DNA from: an uncultured delta proteobacterium
GTDB taxonomy: Bacteria > Desulfobacterota > Binatia > UBA9968
Assembly: GCA_963847445.1 (NCBI GenBank)
Contig: CAWJZV010000036.1
Location: 1 to 31,381 of the forward strand
Length of the DNA: 31,381 bases
Direction: 5' to 3'
The notes beneath the pieces were generated by a model. It was not told the DNA's origin, ran no database searches, and saw only the letters and a list, made by a program, of their open reading frames with translations. A program made the position numbers and the translations under genes. Numbering within the stretch: position 1 is the stretch's first letter; each line of letters starts with the position of its first letter. Positions 19,911 through 29,385 of this stretch are shown piece after piece.

Positions 19911-21030
19911 TCACACCTCGCCAAACAGCCGGATCGGATTATCGTATAGAATCTTCTGCTTCTGCCGCTCGGTGATATCCGTGCGCGCCAACAGCTCCCG
20001 CGCGGCGTTCTCGCGTCCTTCGCCATGCGGATAGTCCGAGGAAAACAACAATTGACCTTCGCCCGAGCAGCGCGATTTCTTGGGTCATCAACGGATCCTC
20101 CATCTCGCCGCAGATAAAGAAGCGGCCCGACTTGAGACACTCTTTCATCGCCGTCTTAGGCATCTTCGCTTCTAATATTTGCGGCTGGATCTCGCGGTCG
20201 CGCGGAATGTAGTGATCGATACGCCCGGCCATGTAGAACAGCCACTCGGCGCCAAATTCCATAAAAGCGATGCGCAGATCGGCATAGCGGTCCATCATGC
20301 CGCGGCCGAGCAACGCGACGAACGCCATCTGCGCCGGCAAGGCCATGCTCAAGGCGTGGGCGTCGAGAAAAGTTTCGACGCAACTATCGAAGGCCGGGAA
20401 GCTCGCCGCCATATGCACACAAAGCGGCAATTGGCAGCGCGCAAACTCATCCCAGAAGTCATTGAACATCTCATCGCTCAGCATCTTGTCGCGGGCGGTG
20501 CCAAACACCACCGCCGCCGAGGCGCCGAGCTTGAGCATTTCCTCCAGCGCGGCGATGGACTCACGCGGATGACGCAGCGGAATCAACCCGGCCCATTTCA
20601 ACCGCTTGGCGTAGGGTTTGGTTTGGCGCGCGATGAATCGGTTGAAGGCGCGAAACAACGCCGCTTCGAATCGCGGATCGGCGGTCCAGCGGGCGTATAG
20701 CGTCGACGGAAAGAGAAATTGCACGTCGATGCCCAAACGGTCGAGATCGCGAATGCGCGCATCGGCATCGACCAGAGTGAGCGAGCCGCGATCGGTGCCT
20801 TCGACCACCCAACGCGGCGGGTTCGCCGGTTGCAGTCCCGGCCCCAGCGCATGGGGTTCCATGCGGCCGTCGGTCAACCATCCCGCGGTAAACGCCGCCA
20901 GCTCCGCGCCATCGTGAACCAGTGCCGGGCGCGGCCGCCGCGCCGCGAACTCCTTGGGCAAATCTTCCCACATCTGCGGCGCCACATTGACATGCGCGTC
21001 AGCGTCATAGATTCGATAACCGTCGATCAT
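19911..21030 (-). CDS. Amidohydrolase_2 family protein; frameshift near 20062
   Basis: YDADAH, LCVH, FMEFG; after removing one extra base reads GEGQLLFSSDYPHGE...DNPIRLFGEV, stop at 19911. Confidence 0.88.
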
Positions 21031-21117
21031 TGGCGTTCTCCCACAATATGATTTGGCCCGTTAAACCACGCGCTCCGAAGCGCTGTCAACGCCAAGCTGC
21101 ACCAGGGGTCGCTTACC

Positions 21118-21250
21118 CGTCATTCCCGCGGACGCGGGAATCCAGGTGACGGACAGCGTCCGTCATACCGTTGAAGAACGGTATCCAGGTTACGGGGCAT
21201 GGGGATGGACCCCGGTTTTCACCGGGGTGACGATAGAACGGGAATGACGG
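21118..21250. repeat. Composite/nested CGTC-tagged REP-like element
   Basis: Same architecture as 6858-6980; outer CGTCATTCCCG...CGGGAATGACG inverted ends. Confidence 0.9.
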
Positions 21251-21343
21251 ATTATGCAGTGCGACGCTGCGTTGACACAAATCGCGGCTGGGTGTTAAGC
21301 CAACGGTGATCATTCGATTTGCTTGCTTGGGAGAACACTCATC

Positions 21344-22384
21344 ATGGACGGAGTTGAAGTCATAGACGCCGACGGTCATGTCTTGGAGACCGACGCGGAG
21401 CTGGAAGAATACTTCGACGGCGAGTACACCGGCCACCGGCGCTCGGGAGTTTTTTCAATCTTTCCCTCTCTCGACGGTTGGCCGCGCGGCTTCGTCCGGG
21501 GTTTGAATAAAGTCACGCGCATCTCCGCCAAGGAGTGGATCGAGTTTATCGATGGTTCGCAGATCAGCGCCGCCGTGCTCTATCCCACCGCCGGCCTCTC
21601 CTTCGGTCTTATCCAAGATCCCGACTGGGCCTGCGTGGTCGCGCGCATGTACAACAACTGGCTGGCCGACCGCTACTGCAAAGTCGACCCGCGGCTGAAA
21701 GGCGTCGCCATGCTGCCGGTGCACAACCCGCAGGAAGCGGCGAGTGAACTTCGCCGCGCCGTCAAAGAACTCGGCATGGTCGCCGGTCTGCTGCCGGCGG
21801 TGACGATGCTCAACAAAGGCTACGGCCACCAAGACTTTCACCCGATCTACAAGGCAGCCGAAGCGCTCAACGTGCCGCTGACCGTGCACGGCGCCGTCAG
21901 CCGCGGCTTGGGATTCGATTTTCTCCAAACCATGTCGATGATCCACACTCTCGAACATCCGCTCGCGCAGATGATCCAGCTTACCAGCGTGGTCCTGGAC
22001 GGCGTGTTCGATTTATTTCCCAAGCTGAGAATCGGCTTTCTCGAAGCCGGCGCCGGCTGGATTCCCTACATGATGGACCGCATGGACGAGAAATTTCACA
22101 TCGACCGCAAGCGCAAACATTTCCCATTGAGCGTCAAACCGAGCGAATACTTCAAGCGCGGCAACATCTATGTCACCTGCGAGACCGACGAAAAGACTCT
22201 CGACGCCGTCGTCCGCGAGCTCGGCGAAGATCATGTCATGTACCCGACGGATTTTCCCCACGAACGCCAGGCCGGCGAATTCGCCGTCGACATCCCCGAG
22301 TTCTGGCAGCGCCGAGATTTATCCGAGCAAGCCAAGCGCAAGATCCTCAGCGAGAACGCCAAACGGTTCTACGCGCTGCAATGA
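21344..22384 (+). CDS. Amidohydrolase_2 family protein
   Basis: VIDADGH, LTVHG, FLEAG, PTDFPHE, ENAKRFY; TTGACA upstream at 21272. Confidence 0.92.
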   Translation: MDGVEVIDADGHVLETDAELEEYFDGEYTGHRRSGVFSIFPSLDGWPRGFVRGLNKVTRISAKEWIEFIDGSQISAAVLYPTAGLSFGLIQDPDWACVVARMYNNWLADRYCKVDPRLKGVAMLPVHNPQEAASELRRAVKELGMVAGLLPAVTMLNKGYGHQDFHPIYKAAEALNVPLTVHGAVSRGLGFDFLQTMSMIHTLEHPLAQMIQLTSVVLDGVFDLFPKLRIGFLEAGAGWIPYMMDRMDEKFHIDRKRKHFPLSVKPSEYFKRGNIYVTCETDEKTLDAVVRELGEDHVMYPTDFPHERQAGEFAVDIPEFWQRRDLSEQAKRKILSENAKRFYALQ

Positions 22385-22570
22385 AGTAATCGTCCCAAGG
22401 CGATACAAAACCCATTGGAGCAGCATCGCCGCAAATCGAGAGCCGCGAGTGCTCCCGATCCCCATGTATTTGGCAAAGGCCGAGCGATGTCGAGGCCGCA
22501 AGGGTCGGGAAAGCGCAGATGATTTTCTCGAACGAAGTGAACTTATTAAAATTCATGATACAATAGTGTT

Positions 22571-23858
22571 TTGGAAACTAGACACTTGGACGATGAACTA
22601 ACAGCGCCGCTCGACACCGCAACCACCGCAAGTTCCGCACGCTCTCGCTTGCGCACCTTTTCGTCGTTGCGCCACGCCGACTTTCGTTATCTCTGGACCG
22701 GCACGGTGATGATGAGCGCCGGCCAGTGGGTGCAGCAGGTCACGTTGGGCTGGCTGCTCTACGATCTCACCGGCAATTCGGTGCTTCTCGGCGCGCTCAA
22801 CGGCCTGCGCGCGCTGCCGTTCCTGGTCACCGGACCGATGGCGGGGGTTGCCGCCGATCGAATGGACCGAAGAAAACTATTGATCGGCACTCAATGGGTG
22901 TTGATCGCCACCGCCGTGATCTTCGGCGGCTTGGTCTGGTCGCCGTACTTACATGTCTGGCATATTTTTGTTTTCACCCTGATCACCGGCGTCGCTTGGA
23001 CGATCACCGAGCCGGTGCGCATGAGTTTGATTCCCAGTGCGGTGCCCAAAGGCGAACTCGCCAACGCCGTGGCGCTCAACTCCGGCGGTTTCAATATGAT
23101 GAAAGTGATCGGCCCGGCGTTGGGCGGAGCGCTGATCGCCTGGGTTGGCGCGGCGGAGAATTTTTTCGTCCAAGGCTGTGGCCTACGCCGGCGTGCTGTG
23201 GATGATTTATCGAATGAATGTCCCGCCCCAGCGGGCCGAGGCCAGACACACTTCAGCTCTGGCCAATCTCAAAGAGGGTTTCGCTTATGTCTGGTCGACG
23301 CCGGCGGTATTCGCCCTCATGGCGCTCGCTTACGTGCCGCGGATATTCGCCGTGCCCTATCAAACCCTCATGCCGGTGTTTCAAAAGGACGTGCTCAAGA
23401 TCGGCCCGGAAGGATTGGGCTTACTCATGGCCGCCCCCGGTATCGGCGCTGTAATGGCAATTTTGACCCTGGCGTCGATGGGCAACCGCATCAAGCGCCA
23501 GGGGCGCTTTTTGGTCGGCAGCATTTTCGTCCTCGGCGCGGCGATCATGCTGTTCTCGCAGATCACCTGGTTTCCGCTGGCCTTGGTGACGTTGGTGATC
23601 GTCGGCATGTTTCAGATGTTTTTCCTCGCCAGCACCGCCACCATGCTGCAAATGATCGTGCCCGACGAACTGCGCGGCCGGGTATTGAGTCTTTACATGC
23701 TCGACCGCGGCTTCATGCCGCTGGGCGCGCTGTTCGCCGGCACCTCCGCCCACTTTCTCGGCGCGCCCACGACAGTCGCGATCATGGGCGCCATCGTCAT
23801 CGTCCTCACCGCTCTGGTCGCGTGGCGCATCCCGGCGATCCGACAACTGGAATCTTAG
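22571..23858 (+). CDS. MFS transporter (EntS/MFS_3-like); frameshift near 23178; start uncertain
   Basis: FSSLRHADFRYLWTG, GVAADRMDRRKL motif A, VPDELRGRV; multiple hydrophobic segments across two joined ORFs. Confidence 0.88.
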
Positions 23859-23867
23859 AACCCTAAG

Positions 23868-23911
23868 CCGTTCCAGTCGTTCAAAACGCTTCGGAGCCGT
23901 TCAAATCGTCC
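23868..23911. repeat. 9-nt tandem repeat (CGTTCAANN)
   Basis: ccgttccagtcgttcaaaacgcttcggagccgttcaaatcgtcc, reverse complement of the 184 and 14312 arrays. Confidence 0.75.
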
Positions 23912-24001
23912 GGACAGGGTCGGAGGTTTCCTGGACATTTTTGTTTGCTTAGAGTATTGAGGTGGACCGTAACAAAGCGAGACAGTTCACGAGGAGAAGC
24001 C

Positions 24002-24805
24002 ATGCCAGCGAATACTTCAGTGCGTTTATTAGCGTTAATACTTTGTCTAGTTTTCAGCGCGGCACAATTCGCGCGCGCCGCGGAAGAGTTTCAGCCCCAG
24101 GTCGGCCAGGACGGCAAGGACGTTATATGGGTGCCGACGCCGCAAGGTCTGGTCGACAAGATGCTCGACATGGCCAAGGTCACGCCCAAGGATTACGTCA
24201 TCGATCTCGGCTCCGGCGACGGCCGCACCGTCATCACAGCAGCCAAGCGCGGTTCCAAGGCTCTCGGCATCGAATACAACCCCGACATGGTGGAACTATC
24301 GAAAAAAGCGGCGGCCAAGGAAGGCGTAAGCGACAAGGCAAGTTTCGTCAAAGCCGATCTCTTCGAGAGCGACTTTTCCCAGGCTCAGGTGATCACCATG
24401 TTCCTGCTCTCCAGCATCAATTTGAAGCTGCGGCCGAAAATCCTCGATCTCAAACCGGGCACGCGCATCGCCTCGAACACCTTCGACATGGGCGATTGGA
24501 AGCCTGATGAAACCGCTAGCTTGCCCGGCTGCAACTCCTGGTGTACCGCGCATCTGTGGATCGTGCCGGCAAAAGTGGCGGGGACCTGGACATTATCCCA
24601 AGGCGAATTGACCCTGAAACAGACCTTTCAGAACATTACCGGCACGCTTAAGTCTGGCAACGTTGAAACCCCGGTGACCGGAAAATTGAACGGCGAGCAG
24701 ATTTCTTTCACCGCCGGCACGACCGAATACAGCGGCCGGGTCGCCGGCAATGCCATCGAAGGCATGGTAAAAAACGGTGCCAAGTGGACGGCGACACGGC
24801 GCTAG
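24002..24805 (+). CDS. Class I SAM-dependent methyltransferase with N-terminal signal peptide
   Basis: AGGAG RBS; hydrophobic leader ending ARA-A; WVPTP, VIDLGSGDGR, LKPGTRI. Confidence 0.9.
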   Translation: MPANTSVRLLALILCLVFSAAQFARAAEEFQPQVGQDGKDVIWVPTPQGLVDKMLDMAKVTPKDYVIDLGSGDGRTVITAAKRGSKALGIEYNPDMVELSKKAAAKEGVSDKASFVKADLFESDFSQAQVITMFLLSSINLKLRPKILDLKPGTRIASNTFDMGDWKPDETASLPGCNSWCTAHLWIVPAKVAGTWTLSQGELTLKQTFQNITGTLKSGNVETPVTGKLNGEQISFTAGTTEYSGRVAGNAIEGMVKNGAKWTATRR

Positions 24806-24830
24806 TCAACACACTAGAAAAATTCTATCT

Positions 24831-24901
24831 CACCACGAAGGCACGAAGGGCACGAAGTTCGGAAATATTACCAACTTCGCGATCTTCGTGCCTTCGTGGT
24901 G
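24831..24901. repeat. Inverted repeat built from CACGAAG units
   Basis: CACCACGAAGGCACGAAGGGCACGAAG...CTTCGCGATCTTCGTGCCTTCGTGGTG. Confidence 0.8.
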
Positions 24902-25030
24902 CATAATTTCCGTACATTTGCTTGCCCCAGCGGCCACTCTAAGCGGATCTTCCTTACTGCGAATTAATTTCTTCGGCCTCTCCACTATTCTAATTTCGAC
25001 TGCTATATTTCCCCGCTAAGGAGGATCGCA

Positions 25031-25846
25031 ATGGATCTAAAGAAATTAACCGCTAGTGTGTTCGTCAGCGCCGCGCTGGTCATCAACGTCGCCGGCAACG
25101 TCAGCTTCGCCCAACCGGCGAAGGAATTCCAGCCGGAGGTCGGCCAGGCCGGCAAGGATGTCGTCTGGGTGCCAACGCCGCAAGCGCTGGTCGATAAGAT
25201 GTTGGAAATGGCCAAAGTCACGCCCAAAGACTACGTCATCGATCTCGGCTCCGGCGACGGCCGCACCGTGATCACGGCGGCGAAGAAGGGCTCCAAAGCC
25301 CATGGCATCGAATACAACCCTGACATGGTTGAGATCTCCAAAAAAGCCGCGGCCAAGGAAGGCGTCAGCGATAAAGCCACCTTCGCCAAAGCGGATTTAT
25401 TCGAGAGCGACTTTTCCCAGGCCCAGGTCATCACCATGTTCTTGCTGCCGAGCATCAATTTGAAATTGCGGCCGAAGATCCTCGATCTGAAGCCCGGCAC
25501 GCGCATCGTCTCCAACTCTTTCGACATGGAAGATTGGAAACCGGATCAGACCGAACGGGTCGAAGGCTGCACCAACTGGTGCACCGCTCACCTGTGGATC
25601 GTTCCCGCCAAAGTGCAGGGCACCTGGAAAACCCCCCAGGGCGAGATCGCGCTCAAACAGACCTTTCAAAACATCACCGGCACGATCAAGAACGGCAATG
25701 TCAGCACGCCGATCAACGGCAAGCTGAACGGTGAAGAAATCAGCTTCAGCGGCGCCGGCGTCCAATACACCGGGCATGTTCACGGCAATAGCATGGAGTT
25801 CAATGGCGGCGGTGCCAAGCTAACCGCGACGCGCGCAGCTAAGTAA
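25031..25846 (+). CDS. Class I SAM-dependent methyltransferase with signal peptide, tandem paralog
   Basis: AAGGAGG RBS; leader ending SFA-Q; VIDLGSGDGR; highly similar to 24002-24805. Confidence 0.92.
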   Translation: MDLKKLTASVFVSAALVINVAGNVSFAQPAKEFQPEVGQAGKDVVWVPTPQALVDKMLEMAKVTPKDYVIDLGSGDGRTVITAAKKGSKAHGIEYNPDMVEISKKAAAKEGVSDKATFAKADLFESDFSQAQVITMFLLPSINLKLRPKILDLKPGTRIVSNSFDMEDWKPDQTERVEGCTNWCTAHLWIVPAKVQGTWKTPQGEIALKQTFQNITGTIKNGNVSTPINGKLNGEEISFSGAGVQYTGHVHGNSMEFNGGGAKLTATRAAK

Positions 25847-25868
25847 TCGAGCTACAGCAGCCAGCAAT

Positions 25869-25906
25869 AAAGACGCGCACTCCCCAAGGATGCGCGTCTT
25901 TTTTTT
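25869..25906 (+). terminator. Rho-independent terminator
   Basis: AAAGACGCGCA-loop-TGCGCGTCTTT followed by a T-run, 22 nt after the stop codon. Confidence 0.85.
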
Positions 25907-25935
25907 GTCGGGTGGGTGGCGCTTTCTCATGGTTT

Positions 25936-26011
25936 GTCACCCCAGTGAAGACCGGGGTCCCATCCCATCCCCTCAGCCTGGATACCGTTCTTCAACGGTA
26001 TGACGGACGCT
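25936..26011. repeat. REP doublet, inverted copy of the inner part of 21118-21250
   Basis: GTCACCCCAGTGAAGACCGGGGTCC...CTGGATACCGTTCTTCAACGGTATGACGGACGCT. Confidence 0.85.
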
Positions 26012-26112
26012 GACAGGACGAGAGACGAGGGTCAGGCATTGACACATCGTTAGTTAGCTCGATTTGTTTAGAAGGCAAGTCTGTCCTTACCCCGGCAAAA
26101 TAACCGGGGACG

Positions 26113-27192
26113 TCACCGCGCCGGCAGCGGTCCGGCGCCGACGAGTTTCTTGAATAGCTCGATCACCTCCCGGTCGCGCGGGATTTCTTTGATCGCCTTT
26201 TCATGGTTTTCCGGCAGCAGCGGCGTTGCCTCGTCGCCGCTCATCTTTTTATATTCACGCGAGAAATCGGGATCCTGAAACGTCTTGCGGAAGGCGGCCT
26301 GGATGATTTCGACGCGATCCTTCGGTGTTCCCGGCGGCAGCACGAACGGCGTGCCGGCGATTCTAAAAGCGCGCGCCATATTGGCCAGCTTGCGATCTAG
26401 ATCCGATTTGGCAAAGCTCTCGATCTCCCGCAACTGGGCGAATTGCGGATGCTTGTTGCCTTTGGGAACTTCGAGGATCGCATGGAAGTCCACCGGCGAA
26501 CCTTTTTCGAGCCACTCTTTGTTACGCTGCGCAATGGAGTCGGCGCCGGTCGCGCGCGCATCGATCTCGCCGCGAATAAGCGCTGGGTCGAGCTCGGCGC
26601 CGCTGTAAGCGGCCACGAACCTGGGTTCCTTTAGACCCAACAAGTAAGCGAAGAGACGGCCTTCGTTGTAAGTGACGAAACCAACCGACTGAGCGCCGAT
26701 GCGCACCCCTGATGCCGCTTGCAATTTCTCGACGCTGTTAAACCCCGCCTGTTGTCGGCTGAGAAAGACGGCGTGATAGGAGCTGTAGGGCGAACCAAGA
26801 TAGGAGAACTTATCGATATCGTATTGCACTCCAGCCTCGCCGAGGATGGCGGAAGAAATCATGCCGATACTCGGATTGCCGATGGTGAGCCCGTCAGGCT
26901 TCGCGGTTCGGTAGAGATGATTGGCGGCCATTCGCCCGCCCGCGCCGGGCATGTATTCCATGATGACGGTGGGATTGCCGGGAAGATATTTTTGCAGAAA
27001 TGGCACTAAGGCCTTGGTTCGCAAATCTCCCGAGCCGCCGGGATCGCGCCCCTGGATGATGGTGACGGTCTTTCCTTGGAAGAACGGCGCTTGCGCATGG
27101 GTCGGTTCTACGGCTGAGCACATTAAGGCGATTGCCGCGGCAGCGAACGCGAATAGCCGCACGGATCGCGACAAATAAGGCCAATGCTTCAT
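26113..27192 (-). CDS. Tripartite tricarboxylate transporter binding protein (Bug/TctC family)
   Basis: FFQGKTVTII-x-G-x-x-PGG-x-x-D, MPGAGG, KPDGLTIG, PPGTPKDRV; GGAGG RBS. Confidence 0.9.
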   Translation of the reverse strand: MKHWPYLSRSVRLFAFAAAAIALMCSAVEPTHAQAPFFQGKTVTIIQGRDPGGSGDLRTKALVPFLQKYLPGNPTVIMEYMPGAGGRMAANHLYRTAKPDGLTIGNPSIGMISSAILGEAGVQYDIDKFSYLGSPYSSYHAVFLSRQQAGFNSVEKLQAASGVRIGAQSVGFVTYNEGRLFAYLLGLKEPRFVAAYSGAELDPALIRGEIDARATGADSIAQRNKEWLEKGSPVDFHAILEVPKGNKHPQFAQLREIESFAKSDLDRKLANMARAFRIAGTPFVLPPGTPKDRVEIIQAAFRKTFQDPDFSREYKKMSGDEATPLLPENHEKAIKEIPRDREVIELFKKLVGAGPLPAR

Positions 27193-27257
27193 GGCTCCTC
27201 CAGTTTTAGCTTCTTACCTTTGAAAGACTACACAGTGAGAAACCGCGCCGATCAATG

Positions 27258-27378
27258 ATCAACCGGGCATTTTCGCGATCGGGGTATGAACCCCGCTCGC
27301 GACCAAAGGGGATGTTCAACCCCCTTTGGAAACCCCAGCAATTTTGTGCCCGCAGCAAGCTGCGGGGAATATTAGATT
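27258..27378. repeat. 120-bp structured dispersed repeat, copy 2
   Basis: Near-identical to 6642-6761. Confidence 0.9.
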
Positions 27379-27394
27379 CAACTTTTTCATCGCT

Positions 27395-27787
27395 TTAACT
27401 CGTCTTCGCTCCCGGACCGGCGTAAATCTCCAACTTATTGCCGTCGGGATCGAGGAAGTATGCCTGCGGTCCCCAAAACACGCCGGTGTTGCGGTCTTCG
27501 ATATTGAACACTTCGACACCATGCTGGCGCAGATGGTCGATGGACGACTGGAACTCGTCCGGCTTCACCTTGAACGCATGATGCACCGGCGTGCTCTTGT
27601 TGGTGTCGTATTTGAGCGGTTCGTCGCCCTTGGCGAGGATCAAATAGTCGTCGCCGGTCTGGAGAAAGACCATGCGCGGCGACTGCTCGACCACTTTTAA
27701 ATTGAGCACGCCTTCATAGAATTTGCGGCTGCGATCCAAATCTGTCACCGCCAGACTAAAATGCAGCATGCCTTGAGTCTTTAACAT
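27395..27787 (-). CDS. VOC/glyoxalase family protein
   Basis: GGAGG RBS; HFSLAVTDLDRSRKFY, HHAFKV, YFLDPDGNKLEI. Confidence 0.92.
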   Translation of the reverse strand: MLKTQGMLHFSLAVTDLDRSRKFYEGVLNLKVVEQSPRMVFLQTGDDYLILAKGDEPLKYDTNKSTPVHHAFKVKPDEFQSSIDHLRQHGVEVFNIEDRNTGVFWGPQAYFLDPDGNKLEIYAGPGAKTS

Positions 27788-27830
27788 CTTGTTTCCTCCC
27801 TTGCCTAGTGGCTGTTGCCTAGTTATCGAA

Positions 27831-28871
27831 TCAATCTTCCACCACCTGCACCGCCGCCTCGACACCGTTGCCTTTGAGAATCTCGACATACTCGCGTTGG
27901 ATCGCCGGATCTTCGTCGGCCATCGGGATCATCGTCCAGGCCGGATTGCGGAATCGGTCATGGCTGTATTTAGGACTATCGCCGCGCATGGCGAAGTGGC
28001 GCATGTTGCCTTTGCCGGTGTTGAAGTGGCCATGCCACATGAGATCGTTGGGCGAATAGACCGTGCCGACTTTAAAATCATGGCGCTGGCGCTCCTCGCC
28101 ATCGCGCCACAACACCACGTAGCCCTCGCCCTGGGTTATGATGATCACCGCGCCCGGCCCATGGCGATGAAAAGTGCTGCGGCAGCCCGCCGGAAACTCC
28201 GACACATGGCAGCCATAAGTCGTGTCCGCCAGCGTGTAGCGCATATGCTTGACGTTCTTGCCCTTCATCGGGAAATCGTCAAGCGGAAAGTGATTGACGT
28301 CCGGGACTAAATTGGTCTCCCAGTAACGGTCGGTGACATGTTTGTTGTAGCGCAGGAACTCGTCGCCCTCGTGAAAGCGGTCGCGGAAGTTGAACGGATT
28401 GCGAAAAATAAAGTCTTCATTGTGAAAAATATTGATCATCGCCGGACAAGTCGTGCCGACGAACAGCCGGATCGGCTCGCTGCCCGAACCGTTGAAATGG
28501 ATGTAGGTGGAATTCAATGGAATGGCAAAGATCGCCCCCGGCCCCCACTCGAAGGTGACTTTCGACTTCTCATCCTGCCAGACCGTCGTAGCGCCGCGCC
28601 CTTTGGCGACGTAAACGATCTCTTCGAATAAATGGCGTTGCGGCAAGGTCTGGCTGCTCGGCGGGATCTCGCAAACGTATGCATCGGTGCGCTGCTGGTT
28701 GGAGAGATTGAGATAGCAGCCGAGTACTCCCATGCGCTCCCACTTGCCCAGCTCCAGGGTAGTCACGTCATTGACGACATTGCCCCGGACGATGGGTATC
28801 CCCTCTTTTTGCTGCAATAGATCGTACGGTGTCGGCCCAAAGTCCAAGTGTTCGCGAAACGGCAATAGCAT
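27831..28871 (-). CDS. Bicupin protein (gentisate 1,2-dioxygenase-like fold)
   Basis: Two cupin motifs: QRHLFEEIVYVAKGRG...HFN and FHRHGPGAVIIITQGEG...WHGHFN. Confidence 0.82.
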   Translation of the reverse strand: MLLPFREHLDFGPTPYDLLQQKEGIPIVRGNVVNDVTTLELGKWERMGVLGCYLNLSNQQRTDAYVCEIPPSSQTLPQRHLFEEIVYVAKGRGATTVWQDEKSKVTFEWGPGAIFAIPLNSTYIHFNGSGSEPIRLFVGTTCPAMINIFHNEDFIFRNPFNFRDRFHEGDEFLRYNKHVTDRYWETNLVPDVNHFPLDDFPMKGKNVKHMRYTLADTTYGCHVSEFPAGCRSTFHRHGPGAVIIITQGEGYVVLWRDGEERQRHDFKVGTVYSPNDLMWHGHFNTGKGNMRHFAMRGDSPKYSHDRFRNPAWTMIPMADEDPAIQREYVEILKGNGVEAAVQVVED

Positions 28872-28986
28872 CGATTTTTCTCCTCAGTGGTTTCAACTCT
28901 CATACCACGATCCACGGTCACGATCACGCGCTATTTACGACCATTGCCTGTTGCCTGGGACATGCCCTGTCCCCTATATTCGCCTC

Positions 28987-29385
28987 ATGAAAGACAGCCT
29001 GCGCCCCGGCCTCACTCGCACCGCATCCTATCAAACCACCATCGACATGCGCGCGCGCCAGCTCAAAGCCGATGTCTTCTCGACCCCGTCGATGATTAGC
29101 TTGATGGAGCGGACTTGTACTGACCTTACGGAACCCTTTTTAGACGAAAACGAACAGACCGTCGGCATTCACATCGACGTGCGCCACCTGGCATCGACCC
29201 GCATCGGCCAAAGCGTCACCATGAATGCGGCGATTATCGAAGTGAAAGGCCGAAAGATTCGCTATTCAGTGGATGCGTTCAATGACGCGGGCGTGAAGAT
29301 CGGCGCGGGCACCCAATGGCGCGCGGTGGTCGACACCCAACGCTTCGCCGGTGGCATCGAGCAGGAGGTTGACCATGGGCATTAG
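28987..29385 (+). CDS. Hot-dog thioesterase, fluoroacetyl-CoA thioesterase (FlK)-like
   Basis: VFSTPSMISLME, TVGIHIDVRHLAST; Thr/Glu/His triad pattern. Confidence 0.88.
   Translation: MKDSLRPGLTRTASYQTTIDMRARQLKADVFSTPSMISLMERTCTDLTEPFLDENEQTVGIHIDVRHLASTRIGQSVTMNAAIIEVKGRKIRYSVDAFNDAGVKIGAGTQWRAVVDTQRFAGGIEQEVDHGH

Noticed and set aside
6858-21250. Dispersed palindromic repeats as a CRISPR array
   Set aside because: No regular repeat-spacer periodicity and no cas genes in the window.
234-23858. About a dozen frameshifted genes read as programmed frameshifting or mass pseudogenisation
   Set aside because: Single-base indels, often in short homopolymers, with intact motifs on both sides and no accumulation of nonsense codons. 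Three indels at 13770-13815 cancel out. This fits long-read error; read polishing would decide.
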